Shown here in pieces: positions 41,892-52,801 of a DNA stretch of 64,000 nt (positions are counted from its first letter, which is position 1; each line of letters begins with the position of its first letter). Under the pieces are notes generated by a model that worked only from the letters and a program-made list of their open reading frames with translations, did not search any database and was not told where the DNA came from. The stretch lies in NCBI RefSeq assembly GCF_024298765.1, contig NZ_CP101210.1; one strand, 5' to 3'. This DNA comes from Escherichia coli (GTDB lineage: Bacteria; Pseudomonadota; Gammaproteobacteria; Enterobacterales; Enterobacteriaceae). A program made the translations under genes and the position numbers.

Positions 41892-41913
41892 TTCGATTCC
41901 GAGTCCGGCACCA
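41892..41913 (+). repeat. 3'-terminal fragment of tRNA-Phe (att-site remnant); not an intact tRNA gene
   Basis: TTCGATTCCGAGTCCGGCACCA matches the T-arm/acceptor 3' end of E. coli tRNA-Phe with one G fewer than I recall; upstream sequence is not tRNA-like. Confidence 0.6.
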
Positions 41914-41924
41914 AATTCATATAA

Positions 41925-41952
41925 ACGGACCTCCACGGAGGTCCGTTTTTCG
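41925..41952 (+). terminator. Rho-independent terminator (native pheU downstream terminator)
   Basis: 10-bp perfect stem ACGGACCTCC/GGAGGTCCGT with 2-nt loop, then TTTTT. Confidence 0.55.
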
Positions 41953-42529
41953 TTTCAGGACGCCACGATTTAAGCGTCCTGCCGCCAAATCAATTCTACC
42001 GAACTCAACCAGATTCTCCCCACATCACCAGCAATTTACGGGCATATTCCAATTCGGGAAAATTTGTTTCTGAGCTATAGCGCTGACTGACGTGAAATGT
42101 CGTGCGGCCCCGTGATGCTGTTGAACGTCAAATGACGTCATCAGGAGCGTAACGCACCCATAAAGCACAACATCGGGCAGAACGCCAACTGATGAGATTT
42201 TCTGAATAAGAACAAAGAGAAATGTATCAGTCCGTTTGCTCATGCAAAGACTAACAATCCATTAAAATAGTAAGCGCTCCGGACAATTTTTCATGGATTA
42301 TTTTCTGAACATTTTTCTTTGGCAAAGATGATGAATTTTGATGGTAAGGAAAATTACTTCTGGTTCTCAGTAAAATCCTTTCGTAATACTATGTAATCAA
42401 GAAGTTTATGGCGGGTAAAAATAACGTCCTACATTCACCAATAATATGTAAATAAACCCATCTATAGATGGAAAAAATAGGTTATGGCAATTATCATTGC
42501 ATCATTCCCTTTTCGAATGAGTTTCTATT

Positions 42530-44068
42530 ATGCAACAACCTGTAGTTCGCGTTGGCGAATGGCTTGTTACTCCGTCCATAAACCAAATTAGCCGCAATGG
42601 GCGTCAACTTACCCTTGAGCCGAGATTAATCGATCTTCTGGTTTTCTTTGCTCAACACAGTGGCGAAGTACTTAGCAGGGATGAACTTATCGATAATGTC
42701 TGGAAGAGAAGTATTGTCACCAATCACGTTGTGACGCAGAGTATCTCAGAACTACGTAAGTCATTAAAAGATAATGATGAAGATAGTCCTGTCTATATCG
42801 CTACTGTACCAAAGCGCGGCTATAAATTAATGGTGCCGGTTATCTGGTACAGCGAAGAAGAGGGAGAGGAAATAATGCTATCTTCGCCTCCCCCTATACC
42901 AGAGGCGGTTCCTGCCACAGATTCTCCCTCCCACAGTCTTAACATTCAAAACACCACAACGCCACCTGAACAATCCCCAGTTAAAAGCAAACGATTCACT
43001 ACCTTTTGGGTATGGTTTTTTTTCCTGTTGTCGTTAGGTATCTGTGTCGCACTGGTAGCGTTTTCAAGTCTTGAAACACGTCTTCCTATGAGTAAATCGC
43101 GCATTTTGCTCAATCCACGCGATATTGACATTAATATGGTTAATAAGAGTTGTAACAGCTGGAGTTCTCCGTATCAGCTCTCTTACGCGATAGGCGTGGG
43201 TGATTTGGTGGCGACATCACTTAACACCTTCTCCACCTTTATGGTGCATGACAAAATCAACTACAACATTGATGAACCGAGCAGTTCCGGTAAAACATTA
43301 TCTATTGCGTTTGTTAATCAGCGCCAATACCGTGCTCAACAATGCTTTATGTCGGTAAAATTGGTAGACAATGCAGATGGTTCAACCATGCTGGATAAAC
43401 GTTATGTCATCACTAACGGTAATCAGCTGGCGATTCAAAATGATTTGCTCCAGAGTTTATCAAAAGCGTTAAACCAACCGTGGCCACAACGAATGCAGGA
43501 GATGCTCCAGCAAATTTTGCCGCATCGTGGTGCGTTATTAACTAATTTTTATCAGGCACATGATTATTTACTGCATGGTGATGATAAATCATTGGATCGT
43601 GCCAGTGAATTATTAGGTGAGATTGTTCAATCATCCCCAGAATTTACCTACGCGAGAGCAGAAAAAGCATTAGTTGATATCGTGCGCCATTCTCAACATC
43701 CTTTAGACGAAAAACAATTAGCAGCACTGAACACAGAAATAGATAACATTGTTACACTACCGGAATTGAACAACTTGTCCATTATATATCAAATAAAAGC
43801 GGTCAGTGCCCTGGTAAAAGGTAAAACAGATGAGTCTTATCAGGCGATAAATACTGGCATTGATCTTGAAATGTCCTGGCTAAATTATGTGTTGCTTGGC
43901 AAGGTTTATGAAATGAAGGGGATGAACCGGGAAGCAGCTGATGCATATCTCACCGCCTTTAATTTACGCCCAGGGGCAAACACCCTTTACTGGATTGAAA
44001 ATGGTATATTCCAGACTTCTGTTCCTTATGTTGTACCTTATCTCGACAAATTTCTCGCTTCAGAATAA
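42530..44068 (+). CDS. cadC: CadC, membrane-integrated transcriptional activator of cadBA
   Basis: 512-aa ORF MQQPVVRVGEWLVTPSINQISRNGRQLTLEPRLIDLL... with N-terminal winged-helix DNA-binding region, single TM and periplasmic sensor. Confidence 0.95.
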   Translation: MQQPVVRVGEWLVTPSINQISRNGRQLTLEPRLIDLLVFFAQHSGEVLSRDELIDNVWKRSIVTNHVVTQSISELRKSLKDNDEDSPVYIATVPKRGYKLMVPVIWYSEEEGEEIMLSSPPPIPEAVPATDSPSHSLNIQNTTTPPEQSPVKSKRFTTFWVWFFFLLSLGICVALVAFSSLETRLPMSKSRILLNPRDIDINMVNKSCNSWSSPYQLSYAIGVGDLVATSLNTFSTFMVHDKINYNIDEPSSSGKTLSIAFVNQRQYRAQQCFMSVKLVDNADGSTMLDKRYVITNGNQLAIQNDLLQSLSKALNQPWPQRMQEMLQQILPHRGALLTNFYQAHDYLLHGDDKSLDRASELLGEIVQSSPEFTYARAEKALVDIVRHSQHPLDEKQLAALNTEIDNIVTLPELNNLSIIYQIKAVSALVKGKTDESYQAINTGIDLEMSWLNYVLLGKVYEMKGMNREAADAYLTAFNLRPGANTLYWIENGIFQTSVPYVVPYLDKFLASE

Positions 44069-44433
44069 GTAACTCCCGGATTGATTCATGCTCGGGAATA
44101 TTTGTTGTTGAGTTTTTGTATGTTCCCGTTGGTATAATATGTTGCGGCAATTTATTTGCCGCATGATTTTTATTACATAAATTTAACCAGAAGATGTCAC
44201 ATAACACATTGTAAATATTGAATGTTTATCTTTTCATGATATCAACTTGCGATCCTGATGTGTTAATAAAAAACCTCAAGTTCTCACTTACAGAAACTTT
44301 TGTGTTATTTCACCTAATCTTTAGGATTAATCCTTTTTTCGTGAGTAATCTTAGCGCCAGTTTGGTCTGGTCAGGAAATAGTTATACATCATGACCCGGA
44401 CTCCAAATTCAAAAATGAAATTAGGAGAAGAGC
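44069..44433 (+). promoter_or_regulatory. cadBA promoter/CadC-binding region
   Basis: AT-rich 365-bp intergenic region between cadC and cadB; by established knowledge carries Pcad with CadC and H-NS sites. Individual sites not mapped here. Confidence 0.4.
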
Positions 44434-45768
44434 ATGAGTTCTGCCAAGAAGATCGGGCTATTTGCCTGTACCGGTGTTGTTGCCGGTAATATGATGGGGA
44501 GCGGTATTGCATTATTACCTGCGAACCTAGCAAGTATCGGTGGTATTGCTATCTGGGGTTGGATTATCTCTATTATTGGTGCAATGTCGCTGGCATATGT
44601 ATATGCCCGACTGGCAACAAAAAACCCGCAACAAGGTGGCCCAATTGCGTATGCCGGAGAAATTTCTCCTGCATTTGGTTTTCAGACAGGTGTTCTTTAT
44701 TACCATGCTAACTGGATTGGTAACCTGGCAATTGGTATTACCGCTGTATCTTATCTTTCCACCTTCTTCCCAGTATTAAATGATCCTGTTCCGGCGGGTA
44801 TCGCCTGTATTGCTATCGTCTGGGTATTTACCTTTGTAAATATGCTCGGCGGTACCTGGGTAAGCCGTTTAACCACTATTGGTCTGGTGCTGGTTCTTAT
44901 TCCTGTGGTGATGACTGCTATTGTTGGCTGGCATTGGTTTGATGCAGCAACTTATGCAGCTAACTGGAATACTGCGGATACCACTGATGGTCATGCGATC
45001 ATTAAAAGTATTCTGCTCTGCCTGTGGGCCTTCGTGGGTGTTGAATCCGCAGCAGTAAGTACTGGTATGGTTAAAAACCCGAAACGTACCGTTCCGCTGG
45101 CAACCATGCTGGGTACTGGTTTAGCAGGTATTGTTTATATCGCTGCGACTCAGGTGCTTTCCGGTATGTATCCGTCTTCTGTAATGGCAGCTTCCGGTGC
45201 TCCGTTTGCAATCAGTGCTTCAACTATCCTCGGTAACTGGGCTGCGCCGCTGGTTTCTGCATTCACCGCCTTTGCGTGCCTGACTTCTCTGGGCTCCTGG
45301 ATGATGTTGGTAGGCCAGGCAGGTGTACGTGCCGCTAACGACGGTAACTTCCCGAAAGTTTATGGTGAAGTCGACAGCAACGGTATTCCGAAAAAAGGTC
45401 TGCTGCTGGCTGCAGTGAAAATGACTGCCCTGATGATCCTCATCACTCTGATGAACTCTGCCGGTGGTAAAGCATCTGACCTGTTCGGTGAACTGACCGG
45501 TATCGCAGTACTGCTGACTATGCTGCCGTACTTCTACTCTTGCGTTGACCTGATTCGTTTTGAAGGCGTTAACATCCGCAACTTTGTCAGCCTGATCTGC
45601 TCTGTACTGGGTTGCGTGTTCTGCTTCATCGCGCTGATGGGCGCAAGCTCCTTCGAGCTGGCAGGTACCTTCATCGTCAGCCTGATTATCCTGATGTTCT
45701 ACGCTCGCAAAATGCACGAGCGCCAGAGCCACTCAATGGATAACCACACAGCGTCTAACGCACATTAA
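44434..45768 (+). CDS. cadB: Lysine/cadaverine antiporter
   Basis: 444-aa polytopic APC-family permease directly upstream of cadA. Confidence 0.95.
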   Translation: MSSAKKIGLFACTGVVAGNMMGSGIALLPANLASIGGIAIWGWIISIIGAMSLAYVYARLATKNPQQGGPIAYAGEISPAFGFQTGVLYYHANWIGNLAIGITAVSYLSTFFPVLNDPVPAGIACIAIVWVFTFVNMLGGTWVSRLTTIGLVLVLIPVVMTAIVGWHWFDAATYAANWNTADTTDGHAIIKSILLCLWAFVGVESAAVSTGMVKNPKRTVPLATMLGTGLAGIVYIAATQVLSGMYPSSVMAASGAPFAISASTILGNWAAPLVSAFTAFACLTSLGSWMMLVGQAGVRAANDGNFPKVYGEVDSNGIPKKGLLLAAVKMTALMILITLMNSAGGKASDLFGELTGIAVLLTMLPYFYSCVDLIRFEGVNIRNFVSLICSVLGCVFCFIALMGASSFELAGTFIVSLIILMFYARKMHERQSHSMDNHTASNAH

Positions 45769-45847
45769 TTAAAAGTATTTTCCGAGGCTCCTCCTTTCAT
45801 TTTGTCCCATGTGTTGGGAGGGGCCTTTTTTACCTGGAGATATGACT

Positions 45848-47995
45848 ATGAACGTTATTGCAATATTGAATCACATGGGGGTTTATTTTAAAGAAGAACC
45901 CATCCGTGAACTTCATCGCGCGCTTGAACGTCTGAACTTCCAGATTGTTTACCCGAACGACCGTGACGACTTATTAAAACTGATCGAAAACAATGCGCGT
46001 CTGTGCGGCGTTATTTTTGACTGGGATAAATATAATCTCGAGCTGTGCGAAGAAATTAGCAAAATGAACGAGAACCTGCCGTTGTACGCGTTCGCTAATA
46101 CGTATTCCACTCTCGATGTAAGCCTGAACGACCTGCGTTTACAGATTAGCTTCTTTGAATATGCGCTGGGTGCTGCTGATGATATTGCTAACAAGATCAA
46201 GCAGACCACTGACGAATATATCAACACTATTCTGCCTCCGCTGACCAAAGCACTGTTTAAATATGTTCGTGAAGGTAAATATACTTTCTGTACTCCTGGT
46301 CACATGGGCGGTACTGCATTCCAGAAAAGCCCGGTAGGTAGCCTGTTCTATGATTTCTTTGGTCCGAACACCATGAAATCTGATATTTCCATTTCAGTAT
46401 CTGAACTGGGTTCTCTGCTGGATCACAGTGGTCCACACAAAGAAGCAGAACAGTATATCGCTCGCGTCTTTAACGCAGACCGCAGCTACATGGTGACCAA
46501 CGGTACTTCCACTGCGAACAAAATTGTTGGTATGTACTCTGCTCCGGCAGGCAGCACCATTCTGATTGACCGTAACTGCCACAAATCGCTGACCCACCTG
46601 ATGATGATGAGCGATGTTACGCCAATCTATTTCCGCCCGACCCGTAACGCTTACGGTATTCTTGGTGGTATCCCACAGAGTGAATTCCAGCACGCTACCA
46701 TTGCTAAGCGCGTGAAAGAAACACCAAACGCAACCTGGCCGGTACATGCTGTAATTACCAACTCTACCTATGATGGTCTGCTGTACAACACCGACTTCAT
46801 CAAGAAAACACTGGATGTGAAATCCATCCACTTTGACTCCGCGTGGGTGCCTTACACCAACTTCTCACCGATTTACGAAGGTAAATGCGGTATGAGCGGT
46901 GGCCGTGTAGAAGGGAAAGTGATTTACGAAACCCAGTCTACTCACAAACTGCTGGCGGCGTTCTCTCAGGCTTCCATGATCCACGTTAAAGGTGACGTAA
47001 ACGAAGAAACCTTTAACGAAGCCTACATGATGCACACCACCACTTCTCCGCACTACGGTATCGTGGCGTCCACTGAAACCGCTGCGGCGATGATGAAAGG
47101 CAATGCAGGTAAGCGTCTGATCAACGGTTCCATTGAACGTGCGATCAAATTCCGTAAAGAGATCAAACGTCTGAGAACGGAATCTGATGGCTGGTTCTTT
47201 GATGTATGGCAGCCGGATCATATCGATACGACTGAATGCTGGCCGCTGCGTTCTGACAGCACCTGGCACGGCTTCAAAAACATCGATAACGAGCACATGT
47301 ATCTTGACCCGATCAAAGTCACCCTGCTGACTCCGGGGATGGAAAAAGACGGCACCATGAGCGACTTCGGTATTCCGGCCAGCATCGTGGCGAAATACCT
47401 CGACGAACATGGCATCGTTGTTGAGAAAACCGGTCCGTATAACCTGCTGTTCCTGTTCAGCATCGGTATCGATAAGACCAAAGCACTGAGCCTGCTGCGT
47501 GCTCTGACTGACTTCAAACGTGCGTTCGATCTGAACCTGCGTGTGAAAAACATGCTGCCGTCTCTGTATCGTGAAGATCCTGAATTCTATGAAAACATGC
47601 GTATTCAGGAACTGGCTCAGAATATCCACAAACTGATTGTTCACCACAATCTGCCGGATCTGATGTATCGCGCATTTGAAGTTCTGCCGACGATGGTAAT
47701 GACTCCGTATGCTGCGTTCCAGAAAGAGCTGCACGGTATGACCGAAGAAGTTTACCTCGACGAAATGGTAGGTCGTATTAACGCCAATATGATCCTTCCG
47801 TATCCGCCGGGAGTTCCTCTGGTAATGCCGGGTGAAATGATCACCGAAGAAAGCCGTCCGGTTCTGGAGTTCCTGCAGATGCTGTGTGAAATCGGCGCTC
47901 ACTATCCGGGCTTTGAAACCGATATTCACGGTGCATACCGTCAGGCTGATGGCCGCTATACCGTTAAGGTATTGAAAGAAGAAAGCAAAAAATAA
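45848..47995 (+). CDS. cadA: Inducible lysine decarboxylase
   Basis: ATG at 45848 gives MNVIAILNHMGVYFKEEPIRELHRALERLNFQIVYPN..., 715 aa; track ORF begins 13 codons upstream. Confidence 0.95.
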   Translation: MNVIAILNHMGVYFKEEPIRELHRALERLNFQIVYPNDRDDLLKLIENNARLCGVIFDWDKYNLELCEEISKMNENLPLYAFANTYSTLDVSLNDLRLQISFFEYALGAADDIANKIKQTTDEYINTILPPLTKALFKYVREGKYTFCTPGHMGGTAFQKSPVGSLFYDFFGPNTMKSDISISVSELGSLLDHSGPHKEAEQYIARVFNADRSYMVTNGTSTANKIVGMYSAPAGSTILIDRNCHKSLTHLMMMSDVTPIYFRPTRNAYGILGGIPQSEFQHATIAKRVKETPNATWPVHAVITNSTYDGLLYNTDFIKKTLDVKSIHFDSAWVPYTNFSPIYEGKCGMSGGRVEGKVIYETQSTHKLLAAFSQASMIHVKGDVNEETFNEAYMMHTTTSPHYGIVASTETAAAMMKGNAGKRLINGSIERAIKFRKEIKRLRTESDGWFFDVWQPDHIDTTECWPLRSDSTWHGFKNIDNEHMYLDPIKVTLLTPGMEKDGTMSDFGIPASIVAKYLDEHGIVVEKTGPYNLLFLFSIGIDKTKALSLLRALTDFKRAFDLNLRVKNMLPSLYREDPEFYENMRIQELAQNIHKLIVHHNLPDLMYRAFEVLPTMVMTPYAAFQKELHGMTEEVYLDEMVGRINANMILPYPPGVPLVMPGEMITEESRPVLEFLQMLCEIGAHYPGFETDIHGAYRQADGRYTVKVLKEESKK

Positions 47996-48006
47996 TTAGC
48001 TCGTAC

Positions 48007-48037
48007 AAGGGAAGTGGCTTGCCACTTCCCTTTTTTG
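48007..48037 (+). terminator. Rho-independent terminator after cadA
   Basis: AAGGGAAGTGGC-TTG-CCACTTCCCTT stem-loop followed by TTTTTT, about 12 bp after the stop. Confidence 0.55.
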
Positions 48038-48053
48038 CTCATAAGGAGAACAC

Positions 48054-49511
48054 ATGAAAACACCCTCACAGCCGCGCGCGATATACTATATCGTGGCGAT
48101 CCAAATCTGGGAGTACTTCAGTTTTTACGGCATGCGTGCCTTACTCATTCTCTATCTCACCCATCAGCTTGGTTTTGATGATAACCATGCCATCAGCCTG
48201 TTCAGCGCATATGCTTCTCTGGTTTACGTTACCCCTATTCTCGGCGGCTGGCTTGCCGACCGCCTGCTCGGCAACCGCACTGCAGTGATTGCCGGCGCGC
48301 TGTTAATGACCCTTGGCCATGTGGTGCTGGGCATTGATACAAATTCAACCTTTAGCCTGTATCTGGCGCTGGCAATCATTATTTGTGGCTACGGTTTATT
48401 CAAATCAAACATCAGCTGTTTGCTTGGCGAGCTCTACGACGAGAACGATCATCGACGTGATGGCGGTTTTTCGCTGCTATATGCTGCGGGCAATATCGGT
48501 TCTATCGCCGCGCCCATCGCCTGCGGCCTGGCTGCTCAGTGGTATGGATGGCATGTTGGCTTTGCCCTTGCGGGAGGCGGCATGTTTATCGGTTTGTTGA
48601 TTTTCTTAAGTGGTCATCGTCATTTCCAGTCCACGCGTAGTATGGATAAAAAAGCGCTCACTAGCGTCAAATTTGCCTTACCAGTATGGAGCTGGTTAGT
48701 GGTGATGCTCTGTTTAGCCCCAGTATTTTTTACCCTGCTGCTGGAGAACGACTGGTCCGGATATTTGCTGGCGATCGTTTGCCTCATTGCAGCACAAATC
48801 ATTGCCCGCATGATGATCAAATTCCCCGAACACCGCCGTGCTCTTTGGCAAATTGTATTGTTGATGTTTGTCGGGACGTTGTTCTGGGTACTGGCACAAC
48901 AGGGCGGCAGTACCATCAGCTTGTTTATCGATCGCTTTGTGAATCGTCAGGCATTCAATATTGAAGTACCTACAGCACTATTCCAGTCGGTGAATGCTAT
49001 TGCGGTGATGCTCGCTGGGGTTGTTCTGGCCTGGCTGGCGTCGCCAGAAAGCCGCGGCAATTCAGCATTGCGCGTCTGGCTGAAGTTTGCCTTTGGCCTA
49101 CTGCTGATGGCTTGTGGCTTTATGTTGCTGGCATTTGATGCCCGACATGCAGCGGCTGGCGGTCAAGCGTCAATGGGCGTGATGATATCCGGGCTGGCGC
49201 TAATGGGCTTTGCTGAACTCTTTATTGACCCGGTGGCGATTGCGCAAATCACGCGTCTGAAAATGTCTGGCGTATTAACCGGTATTTATATGCTGGCAAC
49301 AGGCGCGGTCGCCAACTGGCTGGCAGGCGTCGTGGCACAGCAGACGACAGAGTCGCAAATTAGCGGTATGGCAATTGCCGCTTACCAGCGATTCTTTTCT
49401 CAGATGGGAGAGTGGACGTTGGCTTGTGTCGCGATCATCGTGGTATTGGCCTTTGCTACCCGTTTTCTGTTTAGCACGCCGACGAATATGATACAGGAGA
49501 GCAACGATTAA
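48054..49511 (+). CDS. dtpC: Dipeptide/tripeptide:H+ symporter (POT family), DtpC/YjdL
   Basis: 485-aa polytopic POT-family transporter in the cadA-lysU interval. Confidence 0.9.
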   Translation: MKTPSQPRAIYYIVAIQIWEYFSFYGMRALLILYLTHQLGFDDNHAISLFSAYASLVYVTPILGGWLADRLLGNRTAVIAGALLMTLGHVVLGIDTNSTFSLYLALAIIICGYGLFKSNISCLLGELYDENDHRRDGGFSLLYAAGNIGSIAAPIACGLAAQWYGWHVGFALAGGGMFIGLLIFLSGHRHFQSTRSMDKKALTSVKFALPVWSWLVVMLCLAPVFFTLLLENDWSGYLLAIVCLIAAQIIARMMIKFPEHRRALWQIVLLMFVGTLFWVLAQQGGSTISLFIDRFVNRQAFNIEVPTALFQSVNAIAVMLAGVVLAWLASPESRGNSALRVWLKFAFGLLLMACGFMLLAFDARHAAAGGQASMGVMISGLALMGFAELFIDPVAIAQITRLKMSGVLTGIYMLATGAVANWLAGVVAQQTTESQISGMAIAAYQRFFSQMGEWTLACVAIIVVLAFATRFLFSTPTNMIQESND

Positions 49512-49747
49512 CTGTCGTAAAAACAATTGGTTATGAATAAATTAACTTTCAGTTTATCACACTAGCAAATCGAGATTAATAAGTCATTTAAACCATTTTT
49601 ATGGTTATTTATTAGTGATATCAACTTGAGGTAAGCGTTAGTTTCGATAAGATAAACTGAGTTATTAATAGTCGAGGCAGATAATACAGTGTACCGATCT
49701 GTCTCTTTATCTACGCTAAATTGAAAGCTGGATTTAGAGGAACCAAA

Positions 49748-51265
49748 ATGTCTGAACGAGAAACACGGGGAGCCAATGAGGCTATTGATTTTAACGATGA
49801 ACTGAGAAATCGCCGCGAAAAACTGGCGGCACTACGTCAGCAAGGTGTGGCGTTTCCCAATGATTTTCGCCGCGACCATACCTCTGACCAGTTGCACGAA
49901 GAGTTTGATGCGAAGGATAACCAGGAACTGGAATCCTTAAACATTGAAGTCTCGGTTGCTGGCCGAATGATGACCCGTCGTATTATGGGGAAAGCCTCCT
50001 TTGTAACGTTGCAGGATGTCGGTGGCCGTATTCAACTGTACGTTGCAAGAGATAGCCTGCCAGAAGGTGTTTATAACGATCAGTTTAAAAAATGGGATCT
50101 GGGTGACATTATCGGTGCCCGCGGTACGCTGTTTAAGACGCAAACGGGTGAGCTTTCCATTCACTGTACTGAGCTGCGCCTGCTGACTAAAGCACTACGT
50201 CCTTTACCAGATAAATTCCATGGTCTGCAGGATCAGGAAGTCCGTTATCGTCAACGTTATCTGGACCTCATCGCTAACGATAAATCCCGTCAAACGTTTG
50301 TTGTCCGTTCAAAAATTCTGGCCGCTATCCGTCAGTTCATGGTCGCTCGCGGCTTTATGGAAGTAGAAACCCCGATGATGCAGGTAATTCCAGGTGGAGC
50401 ATCTGCTCGCCCGTTTATTACCCATCATAACGCTCTGGATTTAGATATGTACCTGCGTATCGCGCCGGAGCTATATCTGAAACGTCTGGTTGTAGGTGGT
50501 TTTGAACGGGTATTCGAAATCAACCGTAACTTCCGTAATGAAGGTATTTCTGTTCGTCATAATCCTGAGTTCACGATGATGGAACTCTACATGGCGTATG
50601 CGGATTACCACGATTTGATTGAACTGACGGAATCACTGTTCCGCACTCTGGCACAAGAGGTACTGGGTACCACTAAAGTCACTTATGGCGAGCATGTGTT
50701 TGATTTCGGCAAACCGTTTGAAAAACTCACCATGCGCGAAGCAATCAAAAAATATCGTCCAGAAACCGATATGGCGGATCTGGATAATTTTGATGCTGCT
50801 AAAGCATTAGCTGAATCTATCGGAATTACGGTAGAGAAAAGCTGGGGGTTGGGACGCATTGTCACGGAGATCTTTGATGAAGTGGCAGAAGCACATCTGA
50901 TTCAGCCAACCTTTATCACGGAATATCCGGCAGAAGTGTCACCGCTGGCGCGCCGTAATGATGTTAACCCGGAAATCACCGACCGTTTTGAATTCTTCAT
51001 CGGTGGTCGTGAAATTGGTAATGGTTTTAGCGAATTAAACGACGCAGAAGATCAGGCTGAACGTTTCCAGGAACAGGTTAACGCTAAAGCTGCAGGTGAC
51101 GACGAAGCCATGTTCTATGACGAAGATTACGTAACTGCGCTGGAATATGGTCTGCCGCCAACCGCTGGTCTGGGTATTGGTATCGACCGAATGATTATGC
51201 TGTTTACAAACAGTCATACTATTCGCGACGTTATTCTCTTCCCGGCGATGCGCCCACTGAAATAA
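49748..51265 (+). CDS. lysU: Lysine--tRNA ligase, heat-inducible
   Basis: ATG at 49748 gives [33 protein letters not shown]..., 505 aa, class II aaRS motifs; track start is TTG upstream. Confidence 0.95.
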   Translation: MSERETRGANEAIDFNDELRNRREKLAALRQQGVAFPNDFRRDHTSDQLHEEFDAKDNQELESLNIEVSVAGRMMTRRIMGKASFVTLQDVGGRIQLYVARDSLPEGVYNDQFKKWDLGDIIGARGTLFKTQTGELSIHCTELRLLTKALRPLPDKFHGLQDQEVRYRQRYLDLIANDKSRQTFVVRSKILAAIRQFMVARGFMEVETPMMQVIPGGASARPFITHHNALDLDMYLRIAPELYLKRLVVGGFERVFEINRNFRNEGISVRHNPEFTMMELYMAYADYHDLIELTESLFRTLAQEVLGTTKVTYGEHVFDFGKPFEKLTMREAIKKYRPETDMADLDNFDAAKALAESIGITVEKSWGLGRIVTEIFDEVAEAHLIQPTFITEYPAEVSPLARRNDVNPEITDRFEFFIGGREIGNGFSELNDAEDQAERFQEQVNAKAAGDDEAMFYDEDYVTALEYGLPPTAGLGIGIDRMIMLFTNSHTIRDVILFPAMRPLK

Positions 51266-51280
51266 ATTTCACTTTAATGA

Positions 51281-51310
51281 ACGAAGCAGTCAGGCGACTG
51301 CTTCGTTCGT
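51281..51310 (+). terminator. Putative terminator after lysU
   Basis: ACGAAGCAGT-CAGGCG-ACTGCTTCGT stem-loop 15 bp after the stop; weak T-run. Confidence 0.4.
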
Positions 51311-51383
51311 CATTCCGCAAATCCAGTTTTGAGGAGAGACGCTTCGTTTCAAGATAACCAGCGGGTCCACTCAACTACAGCTC

Positions 51384-51557
51384 CTAAAAGAGAGAAAAAA
51401 GTAATGCCACAGGCAGACTCATTGGCCAGGTTATTCCGACCAGAAATGCACTAAGTAAACGAATATGTGTTTTCTCATGTGAGATAAACCAGATAATGAC
51501 AAAGGATATGTTCACACCAATCACATAAAAAATTAATATTTTAGAGAATAGTGCCAT
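51384..51557 (-). CDS. ghoT: GhoT membrane toxin (type V toxin-antitoxin)
   Basis: 57-aa ORF (below the ORF-track cutoff) read on the minus strand: starts MALFSK..., ends ...LPVALLFSLF; immediately downstream of ghoS. Confidence 0.7.
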   Translation of the reverse strand: MALFSKILIFYVIGVNISFVIIWFISHEKTHIRLLSAFLVGITWPMSLPVALLFSLF

Positions 51558-51584
51558 TTTTTATGTTCTTCTTATCCTTCCTGG

Positions 51585-51881
51585 CTACTTGTAAAACTGA
51601 CGGAAATAGTCATCAACTGTCATAATGTTGAGGTCAAAGTCAATATCCGGTAAGTCTAAGCATTTAAGCCTGATTAAATCTTCGATTTCACTTGCGGCTA
51701 ACGATGTCGTTATTGCGAAGGAGTTTTCATTCAGTTGTCGTGGTATCCCATATTCATCAGCCACGATAGAGGAGAAACTCATATCATACATCAATGATCT
51801 TAACCTTAAGAACACTGAGGAATAAGATGATGGATAATCAAAAGAAACAACATAAGTATTGAACTTGTTTTTACCTTCCAT
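51585..51881 (-). CDS. ghoS: GhoS antitoxin (endoribonuclease, type V TA)
   Basis: 98-aa ORF MEGKNKFNTYVVSFDYPSSYSSVFLRLRSLMYDMSF... matching GhoS length and position. Confidence 0.8.
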   Translation of the reverse strand: MEGKNKFNTYVVSFDYPSSYSSVFLRLRSLMYDMSFSSIVADEYGIPRQLNENSFAITTSLAASEIEDLIRLKCLDLPDIDFDLNIMTVDDYFRQFYK

Positions 51882-52107
51882 AATATGACTCCTATCAATA
51901 TTAAACGCTCTGGGGACGCAAAACTTATTAACCCCGATTGATGATTCTCATATAGGAGATATTCTTTTTTTTGCTCAGTAAAGGGGATGACTTGGGACAA
52001 AAAAACGCGCTCTCTGCCCATTCTTTGTGCATCCCCCTACCCTTCAGATGCTCTCCTGCATCACACCGCGGAGAGCATGAAAAATATCGTGACTCTGTAC
52101 TCTCCCA

Positions 52108-52380
52108 TCAACTGCGAATATCATCATACTCCCGCGTTTTATCAAATTCGTGTTTCGCAAATGGGCATAGTGGGATAATTTTTCGTTTTTCCCGACGCAT
52201 TTTTTCCACGACTTTCGCAACCAGCTGTTTACCAATCCCTTGCCCTTTCAGGCTTTCATCGACATCGGTATGTTCGATAATCGCTAAATTCTCTCCGGTC
52301 GGCACAAAGACAATTTCAGCGATTTGCTTGCCCTGTTCGTCATTAATGTAAAATTTATTGTGGCCTTCGCGTATTTCCAT
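52108..52380 (-). CDS. yjdJ: GNAT-family N-acetyltransferase YjdJ
   Basis: 90-aa ORF with acetyl-CoA-binding-like segment [13 protein letters not shown]; conserved position. Confidence 0.75.
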   Translation of the reverse strand: MEIREGHNKFYINDEQGKQIAEIVFVPTGENLAIIEHTDVDESLKGQGIGKQLVAKVVEKMRREKRKIIPLCPFAKHEFDKTREYDDIRS

Positions 52381-52391
52381 TTTACCCTCGC

Positions 52392-52622
52392 TTATTTATG
52401 ACGGTATTTCAGCGCGCCGCTCGGGCACGTATCAATCACTTTAACCACAGTGGCGACGTCGACTTCATCCGGCATGATCCACGGCTTTCGTTTGAGATTA
52501 AATAACTTGCCGTTGCCACGTACGCAATTGCCAGAATGCTGACATATCGCAGTGTTGAAATAGACATCGATCTTTTCGCCGGTATAACAGCGATAACCCC
52601 TGTCCAGTAGCGCCTGATCCAT
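52392..52622 (-). CDS. yjdI: Small Cys-containing protein YjdI
   Basis: 76-aa ORF with Cys residues (CYTGE, CQHSGNC, CPSGAL); conserved position next to yjdJ. Confidence 0.7.
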   Translation of the reverse strand: MDQALLDRGYRCYTGEKIDVYFNTAICQHSGNCVRGNGKLFNLKRKPWIMPDEVDVATVVKVIDTCPSGALKYRHK

Positions 52623-52801
52623 GACCTTCCCTCTCTCATCAGTATGGTTTTCACTATAAGCATAGCCCTGGAATCTTCATACAGCACTGGCAGTTTCCGT
52701 TGCCAGAGTCTCTTCCCCTATATGCCAATCATTCTTACTCCCTTTGAATTACCCGCCTCATCAGAGATAATGCTTAAGAAATTTGTCACACAAGGAAGCT
52801 G

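Larger units (their letters stand above)
1..41913. mobile_element. pheU-associated composite genomic island (right end in window, left end beyond window start)
   Basis: Accessory gene content (R-M, cdiA-CT, microcins, AlpA, Gp2-family, transposase remnant, TA module) abutting the native cadC upstream region; a 22-nt tRNA-Phe 3' copy at 41892-41913 sits about 615 bp upstream of cadC, where pheU lies in K-12. Confidence 0.6.

Noticed and set aside
41840-41915. Intact tRNA-Phe gene (pheU)
   Set aside because: Only the last ~22 nt match tRNA-Phe; the preceding ~55 nt do not form D or anticodon arms, so this is an att remnant, not a tRNA gene.
42025-42243. 72-aa minus-strand ORF in the pheU-cadC intergenic region
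   Set aside because: Lies in the conserved non-coding region upstream of cadC; no ribosome-binding site or recognisable product.
46865-47929. 354-aa minus-strand ORF inside cadA (and similar antisense ORFs inside hsdR, hsdM, fumB, melA, dcuB)
   Set aside because: Fully nested antisense to well-supported conserved genes; Arg/His-rich translations without motifs; typical shadow ORFs.
51971-52351. 126-aa plus-strand ORF between ghoS and yjdI
   Set aside because: Antisense to yjdJ (52108-52380), which is the supported gene; likely a shadow ORF.
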